A DNA stretch of 64,000 bases from Candidatus Lindowbacteria bacterium RIFCSPLOWO2_12_FULL_62_27 (GTDB taxonomy: Bacteria > Lindowbacteria > 2-12-FULL-62-27), in the NCBI GenBank assembly GCA_001784175.1, contig MFPR01000011.1:1-64000 (forward strand), written 5' to 3'. The notes under the pieces are model-generated. The model ran no database searches, was not told the DNA's origin, and saw only the letters and a list, made by a program, of their open reading frames with translations. The position numbers and the translations under genes were made by a program. Below, piece by piece: positions 57,427-64,000 of the stretch (the stretch's first letter is position 1; each line of letters opens with the position of its first letter).

Positions 57427-60400
57427 ATGTCTCCGACCAGCGGGATCCAAAAACTTCTGGTTGCCAACCGGGGCGAGATCGCCATCCGGATTTTCCGCGC
57501 GGTCAATGAGTTGGGCATCCGGACCGTCGCGATTTATTCCCATGAAGACCGGCTGAGCCAGCACCGCCAGAAGGCCGACGAGGCCTATCTGGTCGGGCGC
57601 GGCAAAGAACCGGTGAAGGCATACCTCGACATCGAGGACATTCTTCGGATTGCCAAAGAGTGCGGGGCCCAGGCGATCCATCCGGGATACGGGTTTTTGT
57701 CCGAGAACGCGGATTTCGCGAGCGCCGTCCAGGACGCCGGATTGATCTTTGTCGGGCCGCCTCCGCCGGTCCTCCGGCAGATGGGGGATAAAACAGCGGC
57801 GCGGAAAGCCGCTCTGAGTGTCGGCATTCCGGTCATTCCGGGGACCGCCCGGTCGACGTTGTCCGTGAAAGTCGCCCGGCAGGAATCCCGGCGGATCGGA
57901 TTTCCGCTGATGCTCAAGGCGGCCTTTGGCGGCGGCGGCCGGGGCATGCGCGTGGTGCGGAGCGCGGCCGATCTCGATGGGGCATTCAAAGAAGCATCGC
58001 GAGAGGCCGCCTCCGCTTTCTGGAACGGCCATCTCTTCATGGAACGGCTCGTGGAAAACGCCAAACACATCGAGGTCCAGATCCTGGCGGACAAGAAGGG
58101 CGCCTGCGTTCATTTGTACGATCGGGACTGCTCCGTCCAGCGCCGGCACCAGAAGATGGTCGAAATCGCGCCGTCGCTCACTCTGCCGACGAAGCTTCGC
58201 GAGGAACTTTGCGAGGCCGCCGTCCGGCTGGCGAAAGAGGTCGGATACGAGAACGCCGGAACGGTTGAGTTTCTCGTGGAGCATGGTCCAAGGCAGGGCG
58301 CCCGCAAGGAGCGCCCCTACTATTTTATTGAAATGAATCCACGGCTCCAGGTCGAACACACGGTCACCGAAATGGTCACCGGCATCGACATTGTGGCGTC
58401 CCAAATCCAGATCGCCGCCGGCCAACGGCTGGCCGATCTGGGCATTGCCGATCAGTCGGTCGTATCGACTCGAGGGGTAGCCATCCAGTGCCGGATCACC
58501 ACCGAGGATCCCTACAACAATTTCATTCCGGACCACGGCCGGCTGACGGTCTACCGGTCGGCCGCCGGGTTTGGTATCCGGCTGGACGGCGGCAACGCAT
58601 TTACGGGAGCCGTGGTTGCGCCCTACTACGATTCGCTTCTGGTCAAGGTGACCGCGCTGGCGCCGACGTTTCCGCTGACGGTCGCGAAGATGTCGCGGGC
58701 GCTGGCTGAATTCCGGGTCCGGGGCGTTCGGACCAACATTCCGTTTCTGCTGAACCTTCTGGCCCATCCGAAATTCCGGTCCGCCGATTTTGCAACGACC
58801 TTTATCGAGGAATCTCCGGAACTGTTCAAGTTCGTTCCGTTCCGCGACCGCGCCAACAAAATCCTGAGATGCATCGCCGATGTCATCGTCAACGGAAATC
58901 CCACGGTCCAGGGCGCTCCGAAACCTCCGAAACTGATCCAGCCGTACCTGCCGCCAATCCCTCCCATCGATCCGCCGGAAGGGATGCGGCAGAGATGGAA
59001 ACAAATGGGCTCGGACGCGTTTTGCGATTGGATCCGGCGGCAGAAAAGATTGCTGATCACGGACACCTCATTCCGCGACGCCCACCAGTCGCTCCTGGCC
59101 ACGCGGATTCGGACCTTTGACATGCTTCGGATCGCGCCGGTCTATGCGCGAACGTCGGCCGGGCTGTTTTCGATCGAGATGTGGGGCGGGGCGACGTTCG
59201 ATGTGGCCATGAGATTTTTGAATGAGGATCCTTGGGAACGGCTCGCGAGCCTTCGGCAGGCCATTCCGAATATTCTGTTTCAGATGCTCCTTCGCGGGGC
59301 CAACGCGGTCGGCTACACCGCCTATCCGGACAATGTGGTCAAAGCGTTTATCCGGCAGTCGGTTGTGTCGGGCATCGATGTTTTCCGGATCTTTGATTCG
59401 CTGAACAATGTTTCCCAGATGCGCAAAGCCATCGCCGCGGTCCGGGCCGCCGGCGGCCTGGCCGAAGGCGCGCTGTGCTACACGGGCGATATCGACGATC
59501 CGTCCCGGCCCAAGTTTGATCTCCGGTACTATGTCCGCATGGCCAAGGAGCTGGAGAAAACCGGCGCGCAAATTCTCGGGATCAAGGACATGTCGGGTCT
59601 CCTCAAACCTTATGCCGCCCAGCGGCTCGTGCGGGCGCTTCGGGAATCTGTTGACCTTCCGATTCATTTTCACACGCACGACACGAACGGCCTGCAAGCG
59701 GCGGCGATCCTCAAAGCCGCCGACGCAGGCGTCCATATCGCCGACGCCGCCGTCGCGTCGCTGTCGGGCCTCACCAGTCAGCCCAACCTGAATTCGATCG
59801 TGGCGTCGCTCCGGCGGCAGACGCGGGATACCGGCCTTTCACTCAATGATCTGAACGACATTTCACAGTACTGGGAGGATGTCCGAACGTATTATTCTCC
59901 TTTTGAGTCGGGCCTTCAGTCGGGCACGGCCGAAGTCTACGAGCACGAAATTCCCGGCGGCCAGTATTCGAACCTGCGGCCACAGGCCGAAGCCATGGGC
60001 CTGGGCGGGCGCATACGGGAACTCAAAAAAATGTACGCGGTGGTGAACCGGATGTTCGGAGACATCGTCAAGGTGACGCCCAGCTCCAAAGTCGTCGGCG
60101 ACATGGCCTGTTTCATGCTGGCCAACAACCTCACGGAAAAAGACGTCCACGACCGGGGCCGGGACATGGCCTTCCCGGAGTCGGTGGTCGGATTCTTCCG
60201 CGGGGAACTCGGCCGGCCCACCGGCGGATTTCCGCCGAAGCTGAGAGACATCATTCTGAAGGGCGCGGATTCCCGCCGAAGCTCACGGGTGCCGCCGGCG
60301 AATTTTACGAAGACGAAGGCCGACGTGGAAAAGAAAGTGCGGCGGCGCATCCGGGACGAGGAACTCATGTCCTATTTCATGTATCCGAAAATTTTTCTGG

Positions 60401-60900
60401 ACAGCGCCCAGCGCCACGCCGAATACGGCGACGAGGGCGTTCTGCCCACCCCCGTCTTTTTCTACGGCATGCAGCCGGGCGAAGAGATCGAATTCGACAT
60501 TGAGAAAGGCAAGACGCTGGTCGTCAAATATCTGGCCGTGTCGGAGCCGGACCACGAGGGCCGCCGGACCGTCTTTTTCGAACTCAACGGCCAGCCGCGG
60601 GAAGTCGTCGTCATCGACCGATCGCTTGGGCGGGAGATCAAAAAGAATCCGAAGGCCGAGCCGTCCAATCCTCTGCATGTCGCGTCGCCCATGCCGGGCC
60701 TCGTGGTGGCGGTGTCGGTCAAACCGGGAGACGCGGTCGAAAAAGACGCGCCGCTGGTGGCGATCCAGGCGATGAAGATGGAGACCACTCTCTACGCCTC
60801 GCGCGCCGGGAAAATGTCCACGGTGCACGTCCGAGTTGGCAGCCGAGTCGAAGGAGGGGATCTCTTGATGGAGTATGAACGCTGGTGCAGAGTCTCATAA
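57427..60900 (+). CDS. pyc: Pyruvate carboxylase
   Basis: BC domain (ANRGEIA, RDCSVQRRHQK), CT domain (RDAHQSL, KDM, HTHD) and biotinyl motif AMKM. Confidence 0.97.
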   Translation: MSPTSGIQKLLVANRGEIAIRIFRAVNELGIRTVAIYSHEDRLSQHRQKADEAYLVGRGKEPVKAYLDIEDILRIAKECGAQAIHPGYGFLSENADFASAVQDAGLIFVGPPPPVLRQMGDKTAARKAALSVGIPVIPGTARSTLSVKVARQESRRIGFPLMLKAAFGGGGRGMRVVRSAADLDGAFKEASREAASAFWNGHLFMERLVENAKHIEVQILADKKGACVHLYDRDCSVQRRHQKMVEIAPSLTLPTKLREELCEAAVRLAKEVGYENAGTVEFLVEHGPRQGARKERPYYFIEMNPRLQVEHTVTEMVTGIDIVASQIQIAAGQRLADLGIADQSVVSTRGVAIQCRITTEDPYNNFIPDHGRLTVYRSAAGFGIRLDGGNAFTGAVVAPYYDSLLVKVTALAPTFPLTVAKMSRALAEFRVRGVRTNIPFLLNLLAHPKFRSADFATTFIEESPELFKFVPFRDRANKILRCIADVIVNGNPTVQGAPKPPKLIQPYLPPIPPIDPPEGMRQRWKQMGSDAFCDWIRRQKRLLITDTSFRDAHQSLLATRIRTFDMLRIAPVYARTSAGLFSIEMWGGATFDVAMRFLNEDPWERLASLRQAIPNILFQMLLRGANAVGYTAYPDNVVKAFIRQSVVSGIDVFRIFDSLNNVSQMRKAIAAVRAAGGLAEGALCYTGDIDDPSRPKFDLRYYVRMAKELEKTGAQILGIKDMSGLLKPYAAQRLVRALRESVDLPIHFHTHDTNGLQAAAILKAADAGVHIADAAVASLSGLTSQPNLNSIVASLRRQTRDTGLSLNDLNDISQYWEDVRTYYSPFESGLQSGTAEVYEHEIPGGQYSNLRPQAEAMGLGGRIRELKKMYAVVNRMFGDIVKVTPSSKVVGDMACFMLANNLTEKDVHDRGRDMAFPESVVGFFRGELGRPTGGFPPKLRDIILKGADSRRSSRVPPANFTKTKADVEKKVRRRIRDEELMSYFMYPKIFLDSAQRHAEYGDEGVLPTPVFFYGMQPGEEIEFDIEKGKTLVVKYLAVSEPDHEGRRTVFFELNGQPREVVVIDRSLGREIKKNPKAEPSNPLHVASPMPGLVVAVSVKPGDAVEKDAPLVAIQAMKMETTLYASRAGKMSTVHVRVGSRVEGGDLLMEYERWCRVS

Positions 60901-60958
60901 GTCCCTTTACATTCGTCACCCCCGCGAAAGCTGAGGTCCAGACTGCACGCCTCCTGAC

Positions 60959-60987
60959 TTGAATCCCTCACGGGCGCACCGTATAAT
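60959..60987 (+). promoter_or_regulatory. Sigma70-like promoter of nadA
   Basis: TTGAAT-N17-TATAAT. Confidence 0.7.
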
Positions 60988-61023
60988 GTCTCGGGTACGG
61001 TACCAGGACGAGGAGAGTGGAAC

Positions 61024-62012
<989 letters not shown>

Positions 62013-62016
<4 letters not shown>

Positions 62017-62996
62017 GCGTGCGTAAACTCCTCGTTTTGGTCGCCTGTCTGTCTCCTCTTTGGGCTTCCGCCGAGTCGATGTCCCTGTCCGATGGTGCGG
62101 TCATGTCTGACGCGCCGGCCAAGGGAAAAACGATCGGAAAGCTGAACGGCGGCATTCGCGTCAATCACATTCAGAGCCAGGGTGACCAGGCGCTTGTACA
62201 GGTCGAGGGATGGGTCCACCGCTCGGCCTTCGAAAAAATACCGCCCCTGCTCGCCCGAAACCGCTCCCTCACTCTTTCCCAGGCAAACGCCGATATCCGC
62301 TCGGCGGCCGACGGCGGCCGCGCGATGGGACGGCTCGGCAAGGACGCCAAACCCGAAATGCGCGACATCAAGGGCAAATGGATCAAGGTCACGGTCGGCG
62401 CGTGGGTTCCCGCCGCCCTCCTCGCCGAGGTTTCCGCGGCGGCCCCGTCTTCCGACAAACCCGCGTCTGCGTCCGCGCCGGAAGGCGCCGGCCCTGGACC
62501 GCGCGTGCGCCTCTCGACGTCGATGGGCAACATCCTGATCGAACTCGATCCGGCCCGGGCGCCGAAATCCGCCGCCAATTTTCTCTCGTACGTCGGGAAG
62601 GGCCATTATGACGGCACGATTTTCCACCGCGTGATCGACAATTTCATGGTCCAGGGCGGAGGATACGCCACGGACTACTCGAAGAAGCCGACCGATGCGC
62701 CCGTTCCGATCGAGTCGAGCAACGGATTGAAAAACGCCCGCGGCACGGTCGCCATGGCCCGCACTAACGATCCGAACAGCGCGACCAGCCAGTTTTACAT
62801 CAACGTCGTCGACAACGAGTTCCTCAACTACGTCTCGGACGCCGAGCCCGGCTACACGGTCTTCGGCCGCGTGATCGAGGGGATGGACGTGGTGGACCAG
62901 ATCCGGAAAGTTCCGACGGGCCCCGGCCCCGCGGAGCTTTCCTCCGACGTTCCGAAAACCATGGTGGTGATCACGAAAGCCTCGAAAGTCGATTAG
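62013..62996 (+). CDS. Exported cyclophilin-type PPIase with two N-terminal SH3b-like modules
   Basis: Signal peptide; [30 protein letters not shown]. Confidence 0.9.
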
Positions 62997-63003
62997 CCGC
63001 GAC

Positions 63004-64000
63004 GTGGACGATATCTCAATCAAGCCCCGGATTCGCCCGGTCGAGGCGTTTCCCATGCGCGAGAACGGTCAGATGTTGATTGTTCTGCGCGACCCCTGTC
63101 ATTATTCGGACGCGGTCCTCACCCTTACACCCGCCGCCGCGCTGACCATTCAGATGCTGGACGGGACGCACACGCTTCTGGACATCCAGGCGGCCCTGAC
63201 CCGGGCGGCCGGGCAGATTTTTCCTTCGGACAAAATTCAGGAACTGGTCCGGATCCTCGACGACTGCTTTTTCCTCGACAACGACCGGTTCGACGCCCAC
63301 AAACGGCGCTGCGATGACGAATTCTCGGCCAGCCCCATCCGCCCGTCCGCGATGGCCGGCAAAAGCTACCCGGCCGATCCCTCCGAAGTCCGCGCGCTCC
63401 TCGACGGCCTCTTCGCGCAATCGGCGCCGTCCGGGCTCCTCTCCACCGGCGAAAACGGTCCCGTCGTCGGCGTCGTGTCGCCCCACATCGACTTCGCGCG
63501 CGGCGGAACGACCTATACGCCTGCATACCGCGCGCTGGCGGAATCAGACGCGGAGACGTACGTGATTTTCGGAATTTCCCACGCCGGCGGCGAGACGCCG
63601 CTCATTCCGACCCGCAAGGATTTTCAAACGCCGTTGGGGCGGGTCGAAGCGGACCACGAGATCCTGGACCTCCTCGAAAAAAATCTCATCGCGCGGGACG
63701 GATGGCCCCGTCCCTACGCCGCCGAATTCGCGCACGCGCACGAGCATTCCATCGAATTCCAGGTCGTCTTTCTCCAGCACCTCCGGCCTTCCCGACCGTT
63801 CAGGATTCTGCCCATCCTCTGCGCGTTTTCCCACGAGGAAGTCCATGCCGAATCTGACCGGACCGGCCCGATCCGCGTCTTTCTGGACGCACTGCGAGTG
63901 GCGATCGAGCAGAGCGGCCGGCGGGTCGGATACATCGCCGGGGTCGATTTCGCGCATGTTGGCGCCCAGTTCGGAGACACGTATCAGGTGAAGGAAAAAG
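63004..64000 (+). CDS. MEMO1-family / AmmeMemoRadiSam system protein B with an N-terminal extension; runs off the window and is absent from the ORF track
   Basis: Manual translation from GTG 63004: PRIRPVEAFP...AGKSYP...SPHIDFARGG...FGISH...FQTPLG...EHSIEFQVVFL...AGVDFAHVG. Confidence 0.88.
   Translation, partial: MDDISIKPRIRPVEAFPMRENGQMLIVLRDPCHYSDAVLTLTPAAALTIQMLDGTHTLLDIQAALTRAAGQIFPSDKIQELVRILDDCFFLDNDRFDAHKRRCDDEFSASPIRPSAMAGKSYPADPSEVRALLDGLFAQSAPSGLLSTGENGPVVGVVSPHIDFARGGTTYTPAYRALAESDAETYVIFGISHAGGETPLIPTRKDFQTPLGRVEADHEILDLLEKNLIARDGWPRPYAAEFAHAHEHSIEFQVVFLQHLRPSRPFRILPILCAFSHEEVHAESDRTGPIRVFLDALRVAIEQSGRRVGYIAGVDFAHVGAQFGDTYQVKEK

Noticed and set aside
60915-60941. Degenerate REP (GTCACCCCCGCGAAAGCTGAGGTCCAG) after pyc
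   Set aside because: A single imperfect copy in the window, too weak to call.

Overview
High-GC bacterial chromosomal window, probably from a diderm (secretin, Lnt, SurA-like PPIase). All calls come from motif recognition by eye; no database searches were run. Layout: (1) 1-1.1 kb, a frameshifted IS701-like transposase remnant abutting a FIMAH-like gene fragment. (2) 1.2-8.9 kb, a partial type II secretion / type IV pilus-like operon led by a stand-alone cNMP-binding protein and ending in a long TPR-fused secretin. (3) 9-12.6 kb, a convergent 1023-aa secreted beta-helix protein with a choice-of-anchor-U-like domain and a CFI-box-CTERM-like tail, plus an EVE/PUA-like gene behind a structured leader. 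(4) 12.7-17.4 kb, a dense co-oriented toxin-antitoxin array (4 intact pairs, 2 pairs with truncated toxins, further remnants). It is punctuated by four copies of a 39-bp repeat, two 53-bp perfect palindromes at gene-truncation points and a stranded duplicate of the lnt 3' end. No integrase or transposase lies in or next to the array. (5) 17.4-40 kb: lnt, asnB, CPBP protease, DUF218 protein, sigma-54 two-component pair, serS, fbp, sat, SurA-like PPIase, UvrD (apparently lacking a canonical start codon) and a CHASE hybrid kinase. (6) 40.4-55.5 kb, an arg-lys/DAP-fol-murI-lnt superoperon. (7) COG0523 GTPase, pyc, nadA, cyclophilin and a MEMO/AmrB gene running off the end. The best candidate for an undescribed system is the repeat-punctuated TA cassette array. 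A second candidate is a T2SS + C-terminal sorting tail + CPBP protease/Lnt module. No tRNA, rRNA or CRISPR array was seen.
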